Made by a program: the position numbers and the translations under genes. Source: an uncultured Chloroflexia bacterium (GTDB lineage Bacteria; Chloroflexota; Limnocylindria; Limnocylindrales; CSP1-4). Taken from it: a stretch of 64,000 nucleotides of DNA. Shown piece after piece: positions 40,217 to 50,998 of this stretch (positions within the stretch are counted from its first letter, which is position 1; every line of letters begins with the position of its first letter). Under the pieces are notes generated by a model. That model was not told where the DNA came from. It did not search any database and saw only the letters and a program-made list of their open reading frames with translations. The stretch covers positions 1-64,000 of the forward strand of contig CAWEYL010000006.1 in NCBI GenBank assembly GCA_963813335.1, given 5' to 3'.

Positions 40217-41917
40217 CTAGCCCTTCCGCGCGCTGGCGGTGACCAGCTGCTCGGCGCCCTGTTGGAGGCCCTCGTAGAGCGCGGTCACGGTCTCGACCGT
40301 GTCGATCTCGTCCGCTGACTTGTCGGGCCGGAGCGCCACGATCCGCGGGAAGCGCAGCGAGAACCCCGACTTGTGGCGGTTCGAGCGCAGGATCACGTCG
40401 AAGCCGATCTCGACGACGACCGTCGGCTCGACCTGGCGGTAGCGCCCGTATCGCGCCACGGTGTGCGCCTCGAACCAGCGGGTCATCTCGGCGATCTCGG
40501 CGTCGGTCAGGCCGCTGTAGGCCTTGCCGATCGTGACCAGCCGGTCGTGCTCGGTATCGCGGACCGCGAACGTGTAGTCGCTCAGCACGCCGTGACGCTT
40601 GCCATGGCCGACCTCCACGCCGACCACCACGCAGTCGATGGTCGCGAGCGCCTTCTTCATCTTCAGCCAGCCGAGACCGCGCCGGCCCGGCGAGTAGCCG
40701 CTCTCGGGGTCCTTGACCATCAGGCCCTCGTTGCGCCGCCCGCGCGCGTCGAGGAAGGCGGCCTCCAGCGCGTCGGCATCTGCCGCCACGGCAAGGGTCG
40801 AACGCGCGAACCGGCCGCCGTCGCCGGCGAGCGGCAGGTCGATCGCCTCCAGGCGCCGGCGTCGCTCCGCGAGCGGGACCCGCAGCAGCGGCTCGATCGG
40901 CGCGCCATCGCCGGCCCCCAGCGCCAGCGCATCGAAGGCGACGAAGATGACCGGCACCTCGGCCTGGATCGCCGCCGACGGCGTCTTGCGCCCGAGCCGA
41001 GCCTGGAGCGCGACGAACGGCAGCACGACGCCGTCCTTCCAGCCGAGGATCTCGCCGTCGAGGATGCCGTCCCATCCGAGCGCCGTCGACGCGGCGGCCA
41101 CCTCGGGGAACTGCCCCGTCACGTCGTGCAGGTCGCGCGAGAAGAGGCGGACCTCCCGGCCCCGCTTGTGGAGCTGCGCCCGGATGCCGTCGTACTTGTC
41201 CTCGACCCAGACCTCGGGCCCGAGGCGCCGGACGATCTCGGCGGCATCCTCGGCCGGCGAGGCGAGCATGAACTTGAGCGGGTGGAAGACCGTCATCTCC
41301 GCCTCGGCCAGCCGGTCGTCGCGGGCGAGGGTGGCGAGCCGGCCGACGTCCCCGGTCAGCATGCCGGCCCACTTGACCTCGTCGAGCGGGCGGTCGAAGG
41401 CCTTCGCGATGGCCGCCTCCAGCAGCCCTTCCCGGAGCCCGATCCGAAGGTCGCCGCCGAGCACCTTGACGATGCCCTTGACGGTCGCCGGGTCTGATCG
41501 CTCGAGGATCGGCCGCAGGATCGCGACCTTCCTCGCGGGCCCGGAGGCCGCTTCGATCGCCGCGAACGCGGCGGCCACCTCGGGGAGGGTCGGGCTGACC
41601 TCGGGCGGCGGCGCATGCCCGACCCCGGCCAGGACGTCCTCGACGGCGAGCCCGAGGTCGGAATGACGGTCGTAGGCGGCGCCGAGCGCCTCGCGGTCCA
41701 CCCCGGCGATCTCGGCGATCGCGGTGGCCATCGCCGACCAGCCGAGGCCGATGGACCGCTGGTCCGCCTCCGCGAACGGCCGCCCGGTCAGGAACACCGC
41801 GGCCACCGGGAGCTCGTCGGGGGAGAGGCCGCGGAGGTACTCCGCGAGCAGGGCGGTCTTCTCGGAGGTCCGGGTCGTCGACGCGACGCGCTCCGCCACC
41901 TCGCTCCAGCGTCGCAT
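40217..41917 (-). CDS. ligB: ATP-dependent DNA ligase (LigB-type)
   Basis: Motif I EDKYDGIR, ILDGE, AFDAL, EGLMVK, WLKMK, LRFPR. Confidence 0.9.
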   Translation of the reverse strand: MRRWSEVAERVASTTRTSEKTALLAEYLRGLSPDELPVAAVFLTGRPFAEADQRSIGLGWSAMATAIAEIAGVDREALGAAYDRHSDLGLAVEDVLAGVGHAPPPEVSPTLPEVAAAFAAIEAASGPARKVAILRPILERSDPATVKGIVKVLGGDLRIGLREGLLEAAIAKAFDRPLDEVKWAGMLTGDVGRLATLARDDRLAEAEMTVFHPLKFMLASPAEDAAEIVRRLGPEVWVEDKYDGIRAQLHKRGREVRLFSRDLHDVTGQFPEVAAASTALGWDGILDGEILGWKDGVVLPFVALQARLGRKTPSAAIQAEVPVIFVAFDALALGAGDGAPIEPLLRVPLAERRRRLEAIDLPLAGDGGRFARSTLAVAADADALEAAFLDARGRRNEGLMVKDPESGYSPGRRGLGWLKMKKALATIDCVVVGVEVGHGKRHGVLSDYTFAVRDTEHDRLVTIGKAYSGLTDAEIAEMTRWFEAHTVARYGRYRQVEPTVVVEIGFDVILRSNRHKSGFSLRFPRIVALRPDKSADEIDTVETVTALYEGLQQGAEQLVTASARKG

Positions 41918-41945
41918 GGCGGCGATGGTATACCGTGCCCAGACC

Positions 41946-42638
41946 ATGGCCGATCGGAGCTGGTTCCCGGAGTCCCTGCCCGGCGAGAAGGTCGTCCTGC
42001 GGCGCCACGTGTCCGGCAACCTGCAGGCCTTCCGGCGCTGGTATGCCGACCGCGAGATCGCCCGGCTCGCGCGCTACCAGGAGACCCCGATGCGCGAGGA
42101 GGAGATCACGCGCTTCTTCGAATCGCGGGTGATCGGCACCGAGGCGCTGGCCATGGCCGTCCACGTCCGCGCCACGGACCGGCTGATCGGCACGTGCGCC
42201 TTCAGCCAGCTCGACGCGGAGAACGGCTCGGCGCTCTACCACATCACCATCGGCGAATCCGATGCGTGGGGCCATGGCTACGGCACGGAGGCGACCCAGC
42301 TGATGCTGGATCACGCCTTCGGGACGCTCGGGCTGCACCGCATCGCGCTGTTCGTCTTCGAGTTCAACGAGCGGGCCGTGCGCGCCTACCGGCGTTGCGG
42401 GTTCGTCGTGGAGGGGCGCGCGCGCGAATCGATCTGGCGCGACGGCCGCTGGTGGGACGAGCTGGCGATGAGCGTGCTCCAGTCCGACTGGCGCCAGACC
42501 CGCGGTCACCTGGTCGCGGACGCGACCGACACGGACGCCGCCGACCTCGACGGGAGCGACGAGGCAGGACCGACCGGAGACGCCGTGGGTGCCGGCGGGA
42601 CGGACCGGCTGCGCCGGGTGATCGGGAGGTGGCGATGA
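41946..42638 (+). CDS. GNAT N-acetyltransferase (RimJ/RimL family)
   Basis: WGHGYGTEA, LGLHRIAL, NERAVRAYRRCGFVVEG. Confidence 0.88.
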   Translation: MADRSWFPESLPGEKVVLRRHVSGNLQAFRRWYADREIARLARYQETPMREEEITRFFESRVIGTEALAMAVHVRATDRLIGTCAFSQLDAENGSALYHITIGESDAWGHGYGTEATQLMLDHAFGTLGLHRIALFVFEFNERAVRAYRRCGFVVEGRARESIWRDGRWWDELAMSVLQSDWRQTRGHLVADATDTDAADLDGSDEAGPTGDAVGAGGTDRLRRVIGRWR

Positions 42639-42913
42639 CGACGACCGGCGCCGCGGCCGATGCCGCGCGAGCGGAGGTCCGCGAGCTCATCGAGGCCAAG
42701 GGCCACGCCGTCGACAACGCGCGGGCCGTGGTGGACCGGCTGGAGGCCGCCTTCGCGGCCGGCGACCTGGTCCGGACCCCCTCGATGGACCTCTACCTCG
42801 GCGACCTGATGCGCGCGCTCGAGCAGGACGACGGCCAGAAGCTCGGCGGCAAGAGCGCCGAGGCCTCGCGCTTCATCCTGCGCGCGATCGACCGCGAGCT
42901 CGACCAGGCCTGA
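42635..42913 (+). CDS. Hypothetical protein (92 aa)
   Basis: GGAGGT RBS, ATGA overlap, host-like codons. Confidence 0.65.
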   Translation: MTTTGAAADAARAEVRELIEAKGHAVDNARAVVDRLEAAFAAGDLVRTPSMDLYLGDLMRALEQDDGQKLGGKSAEASRFILRAIDRELDQA

Positions 42914-43225
42914 CGGGGGTCGGGGCGTGGTGGCCCGGACGCGGGGGCCACGCCTTCCGTCCGCTCCTATGTCGCCCATTCATCAGACACGAGGAAGGCG
43001 GGCAGACAAGCCGCACTCTTGGGCACCGGCGCCCCGGTGTGCGTGCGTGGCGCCGCTCGAGCCGCGCTCGAACGAGGCGCGGATCCCGGCTCGTCGAGCC
43101 TCTATCCATCCCGTAGGCCAGAAGGTATGAATGAGTGACATCGACGCCGGAACAGGCCGGACAGGGCCCGGAACCGGGCCGGGCGGGTCGCCCAGTGCCG
43201 GTTCCCACGGCAGGAGGAGGACATC

Positions 43226-43696
43226 GTGAGCGGACCACCCAGCCCTCCGGACCTGGACCAGGCGACACGCCGCGCACTCGCGGTCGGCCTGTTCAACCGG
43301 ACGTGGGAGCTGCTGGAGACGCCGGACCGGACACCCGCCCAGGTCGACGAGATGATCCACGCGGCGCATGCCTCCCGCTACCACTGGGGCGAGGTCGCCG
43401 AGGACGTCCACCTCGCCCGGGGCGAGTGGCAGTGCGCCCGGGTGTACGCGGTGCTCGGGCGCGCGGAGCCCACGCTGTGGCACGCCCGCCGCTGCGTGGA
43501 GCTCGCGGAGGCCGACGAGGCGCGTGAGGACTGGGATCTCGCCGCGGCCTACGAGGCGATGGCGCGCGCCCACCACGTCGCAGGCGACGCCGCGTCGGCC
43601 GCCGGATGGAAGGCGAAGGCGCAGGCGGCCCTCGCCGGGGTCGCGGACGCGGAGGACCGCGAGGTCATCGAGGCGGATCTCGCCGCGCTCCCCTGA
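43226..43696 (+). CDS. Conserved hypothetical helical protein
   Basis: LFNRTWELLE...MIHAAHASRYHW...ARGEWQCARVY; AGGAGG RBS. Confidence 0.75.
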   Translation: MSGPPSPPDLDQATRRALAVGLFNRTWELLETPDRTPAQVDEMIHAAHASRYHWGEVAEDVHLARGEWQCARVYAVLGRAEPTLWHARRCVELAEADEAREDWDLAAAYEAMARAHHVAGDAASAAGWKAKAQAALAGVADAEDREVIEADLAALP

Positions 43697-43756
43697 CCCG
43701 CTCCCGCGGCCGTAGACTGTGGACCTCCCCACGACACCGCCCGGAGGCGCCTTCCC

Positions 43757-44707
43757 GTGACCGACCTCAAGACCGGCATCCTGCTCTGGAACCAGGCGAC
43801 CTCCTGGCCCGACCAGCTCGCGGCGGCCCGCCTTGTCGACCGCCTGGGCTACGACCACATCTGGGCGTGGGACCACCTCTACGCGATCTTCGGCGACCCG
43901 TACCAGCCGATCTTCGAGGGCTGGACCTCGCTCGCGGCATTCGCCATGGCGACGGACCGGGCGCGGCTCGGCCTGCTCGTGGGCGCCAACACGTTCCGCA
44001 ACCCGGGCCTGGTCGCCAAGACCGCGGCCACCCTCGACCACATCAGCGGCGGGCGGGCGATCCTCGGCATCGGCGGCGCGTGGATGGAGCCCGAGCACCG
44101 GGCCCACGGGATCGAGTTCGGGACCGGCTTCGGCCAGCGGCTCGACTGGCTGCATGAATCGGTCGGCGCGATGCGTGGCGTCCTCGACGGGGAGTCGGTC
44201 ACCTCGGCACCGGGCGGCCGCTACCAGTTCGACGACCTGCGCCACCAGCCGCTGCCGCTCCAGCGGCGGCTGCCGATCATGATCGGCGGCTCGGGCGAGA
44301 AGAAGACCCTGCGGACCGTCGCGACGTATGCCGACATGTGGAATGGGATGGGCAGCGTCGAGAAGATGCAGCACAAGGTCGAGGTGCTCCAGGGGCACTG
44401 CGACGCGGTCGGCCGCGACATCGGCGAGATCGAGTTCACGCTCGGGGTCAAGCTCACGATCCGCGACTCGGCCGCCGAGGCGGAGCGCGTCCAGCACGCG
44501 GCGATGGCCCACAACCGGACCCCGCTCTCGGAGGTCGCGGACGACGACACGTTCTGGAACGGCAACCCGGAGCAGATCGCCGACCGGCTGCGCCCGTACG
44601 TCGAGATGGGCTTCCGCACAGTCATCTCGGAGCAGCCGGCGCCGTACGACACCGAGACGCTCGAGCGGTTCGTCGGCGAGGTGAAGCCGCTCATCGACGC
44701 CGGGTGA
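43757..44707 (+). CDS. LLM-class (F420/flavin-dependent) oxidoreductase
   Basis: WAWDHL, FRNPGLVAK, DHISGGRAILGIG, IMIGGSGEKKTL. Confidence 0.9.
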   Translation: MTDLKTGILLWNQATSWPDQLAAARLVDRLGYDHIWAWDHLYAIFGDPYQPIFEGWTSLAAFAMATDRARLGLLVGANTFRNPGLVAKTAATLDHISGGRAILGIGGAWMEPEHRAHGIEFGTGFGQRLDWLHESVGAMRGVLDGESVTSAPGGRYQFDDLRHQPLPLQRRLPIMIGGSGEKKTLRTVATYADMWNGMGSVEKMQHKVEVLQGHCDAVGRDIGEIEFTLGVKLTIRDSAAEAERVQHAAMAHNRTPLSEVADDDTFWNGNPEQIADRLRPYVEMGFRTVISEQPAPYDTETLERFVGEVKPLIDAG

Positions 44708-44735
44708 CCGAGCGGGTCACGACGGAGCCGGACCG

Positions 44736-45977
44736 ATGAGCGCGACTGCCGCCACCGTCGAGTTCGAACACGTCACCAAGCGCTACGACGCGCACGCGAC
44801 GGACACCCCGGGCGCCGTCAACGACCTGTCGCTGTCGGTCCCGGCCGGCAGGATCTGCGTGCTCGTGGGGCCGTCCGGCTGCGGCAAGACGACGTCGCTC
44901 AAGATGGTCAACCGGCTGATCGAGCCGACGAGCGGACGGATCCTCATCGACGGGGTCGATGCCGCCACCCGCGACGTCGACGAGCTGCGGCGCTCGATCG
45001 GCTACGTCATCCAGCAGGTCGGCCTGTTCCCGCACCAGACGATCGGCGAGAACGTGGCGGTCGTGCCACGGTTGCTGGGCTGGGACAAGGCCCGCCAGCG
45101 CGAGCGCGCCGACGAGCTCCTGGCGCTGATCGGGCTGGACCCGGCGAGCTACCGCGACCGCTACCCGAGCCAGCTGTCGGGCGGGGAGCGCCAGCGCGTC
45201 GGGGTCGCCCGGGCGCTCGCGGCCGACCCGCCGATCATGCTGATGGACGAGCCCTTCGGGGCGGTCGATCCGATCGTGCGGGAGCGCCTGCAGAACGAAT
45301 TCCTGCGGCTGCAGGAGGAGCTGGCCAAGACCATCCTGTTCGTGACCCACGACATCGACGAGGCGATCAAGATGGGCGACCTCGTCGCGGTCATGCGGGC
45401 CGGCGGCCACCTCGCCCAGTTCGGCCCGCCGGCCGAGATCCTGGCGGCGCCGGCCAACGAGTTCGTCGCCCGCTTCGTGGGCGCTGACCGCGGCCTGAAG
45501 CGCCTCTCCCTGCGACGGGTCGCCGAGCTGGAGCTGCGGACGCCGGTGCTCGCACGCGCGGGCGATGACGCCGGGGAGGTCCGCCGCCGGCTCGCCGCCG
45601 ACCCCTTCCACTACGCCCTCCTGGTCGACGACGACGACCGGCCGATCGGCTGGGTCGACGATGACGCGATCCCCGCAGCGGGGCCGATCCCGGTCGAGGC
45701 CGCCGAGCCGATGTCGCCGCTGCTCGACCGACGCACCACCATGCGCGACGCGCTGTCGATGCTGCTCGACGCGGCCGTCCAGGCCGGCATCGTGGTCGAC
45801 CGCACGGGCAAGGTCCGCGGCATCGTCACGGTCGACCAGGTGGCCGGGTTCATGCGCGAGACCGCCGAGCCCGGTGCCGCGACGATGGCCGACGGGCGCC
45901 CGACCGCCGACGACGAGGAGGCCGGCGGCGGGATGGTCGCGGCCGCCGAGCCCGAGCCCGGCGAAGCCGTCCGATGA
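44736..45977 (+). CDS. Osmoprotectant ABC transporter ATPase with CBS domains
   Basis: [27 protein letters not shown]. Confidence 0.9.
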   Translation: MSATAATVEFEHVTKRYDAHATDTPGAVNDLSLSVPAGRICVLVGPSGCGKTTSLKMVNRLIEPTSGRILIDGVDAATRDVDELRRSIGYVIQQVGLFPHQTIGENVAVVPRLLGWDKARQRERADELLALIGLDPASYRDRYPSQLSGGERQRVGVARALAADPPIMLMDEPFGAVDPIVRERLQNEFLRLQEELAKTILFVTHDIDEAIKMGDLVAVMRAGGHLAQFGPPAEILAAPANEFVARFVGADRGLKRLSLRRVAELELRTPVLARAGDDAGEVRRRLAADPFHYALLVDDDDRPIGWVDDDAIPAAGPIPVEAAEPMSPLLDRRTTMRDALSMLLDAAVQAGIVVDRTGKVRGIVTVDQVAGFMRETAEPGAATMADGRPTADDEEAGGGMVAAAEPEPGEAVR

Positions 45978-46642
45978 TCGACTGGGCCTGGCTCGCGGAC
46001 CACCTCGACGAGCTGGCGTTCCGGACCGTCCAGCACCTGGTCCTGACGGCGATCGCGGTCGGCATCGGCTTCCTGATCGCGTTCGGCCTCGCCCTCTGGT
46101 CCGTCCGCCGGCGGGCGGTCTACGGCCCGGTCATCGCCCTGACCGGTGTCGCCTACACCATCCCGAGCCTGGCGATGTTCGCCCTGTTCATCCCGATCAC
46201 CGGCATCTCGATCCTGACGGCGGAGATCCCCCTGGTCCTCTACACGCTGCTGATCCTCGTGCGCAACATGGTGGCCGGCTTCGACACGGTGCCGCGCGAC
46301 GTCCTCGAGGCGGCGGATGGGATGGGCTACCCGCGCGACCGCCGGCTGTGGCGCATCGAGCTCCCGCTCGCGATCCCGCTGATCGTGTCGGGCGTCCGGC
46401 TCGCGACGGTCTCGACCATCGGCCTCGTGACGATCACCGGGATCCTCGGCGACCGCTTCGGCGGTCTCGGCTTCTTCATCTTCGAGGGCATCCGCCACTC
46501 GTTCCCCACCGAGATCCTGATGGGTGCGATCCCGTCGATCCTGCTGGCCGTCGGGATCGACCTGCTGCTGGTCGGCCTCGAGCGCCGCATCACGCCGTGG
46601 TCCGCGCCGGAACGGGCCGCGACCAGGCCGACGACCGCCTGA
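45974..46642 (+). CDS. Osmoprotectant ABC transporter permease
   Basis: YTIPSLA and EAA loop EAADGMG...IELPLA. Confidence 0.88.
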   Translation: MIDWAWLADHLDELAFRTVQHLVLTAIAVGIGFLIAFGLALWSVRRRAVYGPVIALTGVAYTIPSLAMFALFIPITGISILTAEIPLVLYTLLILVRNMVAGFDTVPRDVLEAADGMGYPRDRRLWRIELPLAIPLIVSGVRLATVSTIGLVTITGILGDRFGGLGFFIFEGIRHSFPTEILMGAIPSILLAVGIDLLLVGLERRITPWSAPERAATRPTTA

Positions 46643-47371
46643 TGGACCTCCTGAGCGAGACGATCGCCTGGCTGACGGACCCGGCCAACTGGTCGGGCCC
46701 GAGCGGCATCCCCACCCGCATGGCGGAGCACATCGTCCTGTCGGCGGCATCGCTCCTGATCGCCATCGCCATCGCCCTCCCGCTCGGCCTGTGGGTCGGC
46801 CACACCCGGCGCGCGACCAGGGTCGTGGTCAACATCGCGAACCTCGGCCGGGCTGTGCCGACCCTCGCGGTCATCGCGCTGGTCCTGCCGATCACGGCCG
46901 CGATCGACCCGCAGAGCGGGTTCAAGATCTACCCGGCGGTGATCGCGATGGTGGTGCTGGCGATCCCCCCGATCCTGGTCAACGCCCAGACCGGGGTCAT
47001 GGGCGTCGACGCCGACCTCGTCGAGGCGGGGCGCGGGATGGGGATGCGCGGCGGCCAGCTGTTGCGTCGCGTGGAGGTCCCGGTCGCGCTGCCGATCATC
47101 CTCGGCGGGGTGCGGTCCGCGGCGGTCCAGGTCGTCGCGACCCTGACCCTGGCGGCCATCTTCGGCGGCCCGGGACTCGGCCGGTATCTCGTGGAAGGCA
47201 TCGCCCAGGTCGACGACGGGATGCTGTTCGGGGGCGTCGTCCTGGTGGCCGGCCTGTCGCTCGTGACGGAGGCCTCGTTCGCCGCTGCTCGGGCGCCTCA
47301 TCGTCTCGCCGGGCGTCCGCGGACCGACCGCCGAGCCGTGGATCGCGGGTCCGCTCGGGGCCGCACGCTGA
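46642..47371 (+). CDS. Osmoprotectant ABC transporter permease, apparent frameshift near 47283
   Basis: GRAVPTLA, EAGRGMGM; shifting frame near 47283 gives the typical end LLGRLIVSPG. Confidence 0.82.
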
Positions 47372-47485
47372 CGGTTCACGGAATCGATATCGGGCCGACG
47401 AGAACCTGACACCCAGTTGTCACGTACGAAGTGATAAGGTCGGCGCGTTTTCGCGTCTTCCGCGCGACGGTATAGGAGGAGACCC

Positions 47486-48385
47486 ATGCGGTTGTCCCGC
47501 GTGCTTGCCCTTGGGGCGTCGGTGCTGGTGCTGTTCGGCGCCTGCTCGACGGGTGGGGGCAAGCCAGCCATCAAGATCGGTTCCGACGGCTTCGACGAAG
47601 CCAAGGTCGTGGCCGAGGTCTACGCCCAGGTGCTCGAGGCGAACGGCTACACCGTCGACCGCGCCGGCATCGGTCTGGGCACGCGCAAGGTCACGGCGGC
47701 CGCCATCGAGAGCGGCCAGATCGATCTGAAGCCCGAATACCTCGGCGGCGGACTGGCGTACTACGCGCCTGGCACGACCACGACGAACTCGGATACCAAC
47801 AAGCAGCTGCTCACGGCGGCCCTGCAGCCGAAGGGCATCTCGGTCCTGGCCTACACGCCGGGGCAGGACACCAACGCGTTCGTCGTCCGCAAGGAGACGG
47901 CCGACCAGTACAGCCTCACGAAGATGAGCGACCTCACCGCCCACCAGGACGATCTCAAGTGGGCGCTCGCGACCGATTGCCCGACCAACCCGGTCTGCGC
48001 AGCCGCACTCAAGAGCGCCTACGGCCTCGAGCCCAAGAACGTGACGCTCCTGGACGCCTGCAGCGGCCCGATGGCCGATGCGCTCCTCCAGAAGACGGTC
48101 GACGTGGCCGAGCTCTGCTCGACCGGCCCCGAGATCATCGTCAACGGGTGGGTCCGCCTCGAGGACGACAAGGGGACGCAGCCGGCCGAGAACATCTCGC
48201 CGATCGTCCGCGACGACTTCCTCGCGAAGACCGACAAGGCCGCCTTCTCGAAGCTCCTCGACGACGTGTCGGCCAAGATCGATACGGCGACGCTGGCCGA
48301 CCTGTACAAGCAGGTCGCCATCGACAAGAAGGACCTCGCGGTCGTGGCCAAGACCTGGCTGCAGGCCCAGGGCATCGTCAAGTAG
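47486..48385 (+). CDS. Osmoprotectant ABC transporter substrate-binding lipoprotein
   Basis: Lipobox FGAC, IDLKPEY, LEDDK; AGGAG RBS. Confidence 0.88.
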   Translation: MRLSRVLALGASVLVLFGACSTGGGKPAIKIGSDGFDEAKVVAEVYAQVLEANGYTVDRAGIGLGTRKVTAAAIESGQIDLKPEYLGGGLAYYAPGTTTTNSDTNKQLLTAALQPKGISVLAYTPGQDTNAFVVRKETADQYSLTKMSDLTAHQDDLKWALATDCPTNPVCAAALKSAYGLEPKNVTLLDACSGPMADALLQKTVDVAELCSTGPEIIVNGWVRLEDDKGTQPAENISPIVRDDFLAKTDKAAFSKLLDDVSAKIDTATLADLYKQVAIDKKDLAVVAKTWLQAQGIVK

Positions 48386-48439
48386 TCCAGCCGGTCGGGC
48401 CACCGGTCCGACCGTCGCCGATCATGTCGGACCCTCGGC

Positions 48440-49483
48440 TCAGGCCGGGGGTCCGTCGATTCCGGGGGCGGCGTCCGTGACGTCGGCCGCTCCGGCCGTT
48501 GCCACCGCCGCGGTCCCTGCGGCGGCGGCCGCCCGACGGCCCCGTCCGGCGATGATCGCCACGACCCCGCCGATCGAGGTCACCGCGAGGATCGTCGCGT
48601 GGACCAGGAGCGCCATCGCGACCGCCTCGTTCTGGCCGAACCCGAAGGTCGTCGCGATGGCCGCCGCGGTCAGCTCGAATGTCCCCACGAAGCCCGGCCC
48701 CGACGGCACGATCGTCGCGAGCGCCACGCCCGTGGCGATCAGCGCCCCCTGCGCCAGCGTCAGCTCGATGCCGACGGCCTGGCCGCCGGCCAGGAACGTG
48801 ACGATCGAGGCGCCCCACGCCAGCGCGCTCAGGGCGATCGCCGCGGCCAGCGTCCGCGGCCGCCCGGCGACCTGGAGGCCCTCGCGCAGCCGCCGTCCGA
48901 GCTCCACGATCCGGGGCCAGCGCTCCAGGAACGCCACGACGCGGTCCGCGCCGGGCAGCCGGTGGGCCGCCATCCCGAGCCCGAGGGCGACCACCAGCAG
49001 CGTCACGAATGCAAGTCCGAGCAGGACGGCGCTGGTCATGACCCCGCGCACGCTCAGCACCAGCACGCTGAGGGCGGCGATCGTGACCACCATCACGGTG
49101 TCCACGATCCGCTCGACGACGACGGTCCCCAGCACGGTCGTCCGGCTGATCCCCTCCCCTTCGCCGAGCGCGTGGCTGCGCACGAGCTCGCCGAGCCGCG
49201 CCGGCAGGATGTTGTTGGCGAGGTAGCCGAGGTACGTGTAGCCGAGGACGCGCCGGTAGGGCAGCGCCGCGATCGGCGCGAGAAGCGCCTGCCAGCGCGC
49301 GCCGCGCGCGCCGATGTCGACCAGCGTCGTCGCGAACATCACCAGGATCCAGGCGGGCGCCGCGCCGCGCAGGACGTCGATGACCTCGGGGACGTCGACC
49401 GACCCCAGCAGGATCCGGATCGCGACGAGGCTGACCCCGATCCCGAAGGTCCCCCGCAGGAGCGCCCCTCTGCTGACCCGCAC
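48440..49483 (-). CDS. Lysylphosphatidylglycerol synthase TM/flippase-like protein (UPF0104)
   Basis: RWQALL, NNILPARLGE, VVERIVD, PSGPGFVGTFE. Confidence 0.85.
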   Translation of the reverse strand: MRVSRGALLRGTFGIGVSLVAIRILLGSVDVPEVIDVLRGAAPAWILVMFATTLVDIGARGARWQALLAPIAALPYRRVLGYTYLGYLANNILPARLGELVRSHALGEGEGISRTTVLGTVVVERIVDTVMVVTIAALSVLVLSVRGVMTSAVLLGLAFVTLLVVALGLGMAAHRLPGADRVVAFLERWPRIVELGRRLREGLQVAGRPRTLAAAIALSALAWGASIVTFLAGGQAVGIELTLAQGALIATGVALATIVPSGPGFVGTFELTAAAIATTFGFGQNEAVAMALLVHATILAVTSIGGVVAIIAGRGRRAAAAAGTAAVATAGAADVTDAAPGIDGPPA

Positions 49484-49499
49484 CGTCGCGGCGCCTCCG

Positions 49500-50264
49500 T
49501 CAGTCCGGGCGGTCGTCGCGGGCGACGAGCTTGGGCGAGCGCCGGACCTTCAGGCGGTGCAGCAGGTAGCGGCCGACGACCCGCAGGGTCGAGAGGCCGT
49601 AGACGACGCTGCGCTTGAACCCCACCGAGGAGGCCTCCTCGAAGTAGCGCGTCGGGACCGCGATCTCGCCGATCCGCCGGCGCATACCCGCGGCGACGAC
49701 CTGGGCCACCAGCTCCTGGTCGAACACGAAGTCGTCGCTGTTGCGGTGGTACGGGATCGTCTCGAGCAGGTGGCGGCTGTAGGCGCGCAGGCCGGTGTGG
49801 TACTCGGACAGGTGCAGCCCGAATGCGACGTTCTCCACCCAGGTGAGGAACCGGTTCGAGACGTACTTCCAGCGCGGCATCCCGCCCGCCAGCGGGTCGC
49901 CGAGGAACCGGCTGCCCAGCATCAGGTCGCGCTCGCCGGCCGCGATCGGGGCGATCAGGGCCGGGATCCGCGTCGCGTCGTACTGGTAGTCGGGGTGGAG
50001 CATGACGACGATGTCGGCATCGGCCGCGAGCGCCGCGTCGTAGCAGGTCTTCTGGTTGCCGCCGTAGCCGCGGTTCTGGCTGTGGATGATGACGTCGAGG
50101 CCGAGGTGCCGGGCGACCTCGACCGTCTCGTCGCGGGAGACGTCGTCGACGAGGATGATCCGCTCGACCAGGTCGTGCGGGATGTCGGCGTACGTCCGCT
50201 CCAGGGTCCGGGCGGCGTTGTAGGCCGGCATGACGATGACCAGGCGCGGTCGGGCGGGGTCCAC
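49500..50264 (-). CDS. GT2 glycosyltransferase (polyprenol-phosphate glycosyltransferase-like)
   Basis: [29 protein letters not shown]. Confidence 0.88.
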   Translation of the reverse strand: MDPARPRLVIVMPAYNAARTLERTYADIPHDLVERIILVDDVSRDETVEVARHLGLDVIIHSQNRGYGGNQKTCYDAALAADADIVVMLHPDYQYDATRIPALIAPIAAGERDLMLGSRFLGDPLAGGMPRWKYVSNRFLTWVENVAFGLHLSEYHTGLRAYSRHLLETIPYHRNSDDFVFDQELVAQVVAAGMRRRIGEIAVPTRYFEEASSVGFKRSVVYGLSTLRVVGRYLLHRLKVRRSPKLVARDDRPD

Positions 50265-50361
50265 CGCGCGAAGGGTACCCGATGCCGGACGGTCACCGGC
50301 TCGTCATCGACGGTATGCGACGATATCGGCGTTCCCATCGATCCTCGAGGACGCACGCCCC

Positions 50362-50964
50362 ATGTTCGAACGACTCTTCGGGTCCGGCGAGAAGGACCCC
50401 GCGATGGCCAGCCGGATCCCGCCCGGCCAGTACAAGACCGACAAGTTCCCGGTGCTCCACTACGGCTCGGTCCCGAAGACCGACCTCGCGACCTGGGACT
50501 TCCGCGTCTGGGGCGAGGTCGACTCGCCGTTCACGCTGACCTGGGAGCAGTTCAAGGCGCTGCCGCGCAAGACGGTCACGACGGACATCCACTGCGTCAC
50601 CCGCTGGACCAAGCTCGACACGACGTGGGAAGGCGTGCCGATCCAGGCCATCCTCGAGATGGCCGGTGTCCGGCCGTCGGCGACCCACGTCGTCTCGCAC
50701 GCCGAGCAGGGCTACACCGCGAACGTGCCGCTGGCGGTCCTCGATGACGACGACGTCCTGCTGGCCGACACGTTCGCCGGCGAGCCGCTCGAGCTCGAGC
50801 ACGGCTACCCGCTCCGCCTCGTCATCCCGAAGCGCTACTTCTGGAAGAGCAGCAAGTGGGTCCGCGGCCTGGAGTTCCTCGACCACGACCAGCTCGGCTT
50901 CTGGGAGCGCTACGGCTACAACAACGATGCCGACCCCTGGAAGGAAGAGCGCTTCAGCGAGTAG
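50362..50964 (+). CDS. Sulfite oxidase-like molybdopterin oxidoreductase (YuiH-like)
   Basis: [34 protein letters not shown]. Confidence 0.9.
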   Translation: MFERLFGSGEKDPAMASRIPPGQYKTDKFPVLHYGSVPKTDLATWDFRVWGEVDSPFTLTWEQFKALPRKTVTTDIHCVTRWTKLDTTWEGVPIQAILEMAGVRPSATHVVSHAEQGYTANVPLAVLDDDDVLLADTFAGEPLELEHGYPLRLVIPKRYFWKSSKWVRGLEFLDHDQLGFWERYGYNNDADPWKEERFSE

Positions 50965-50998
50965 CGCGGTCGGCGCGCCCGCACGTCCCGGAGGGCCC

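Noticed and set aside
29991-44512. Very long alternative-frame ORFs (e.g. 31264-33774, 40137-42509, 34813-36453, 42983-44512)
   Set aside because: They are Arg/Gly/Pro-rich shadow frames of real genes, expected at this GC content, with no motifs.
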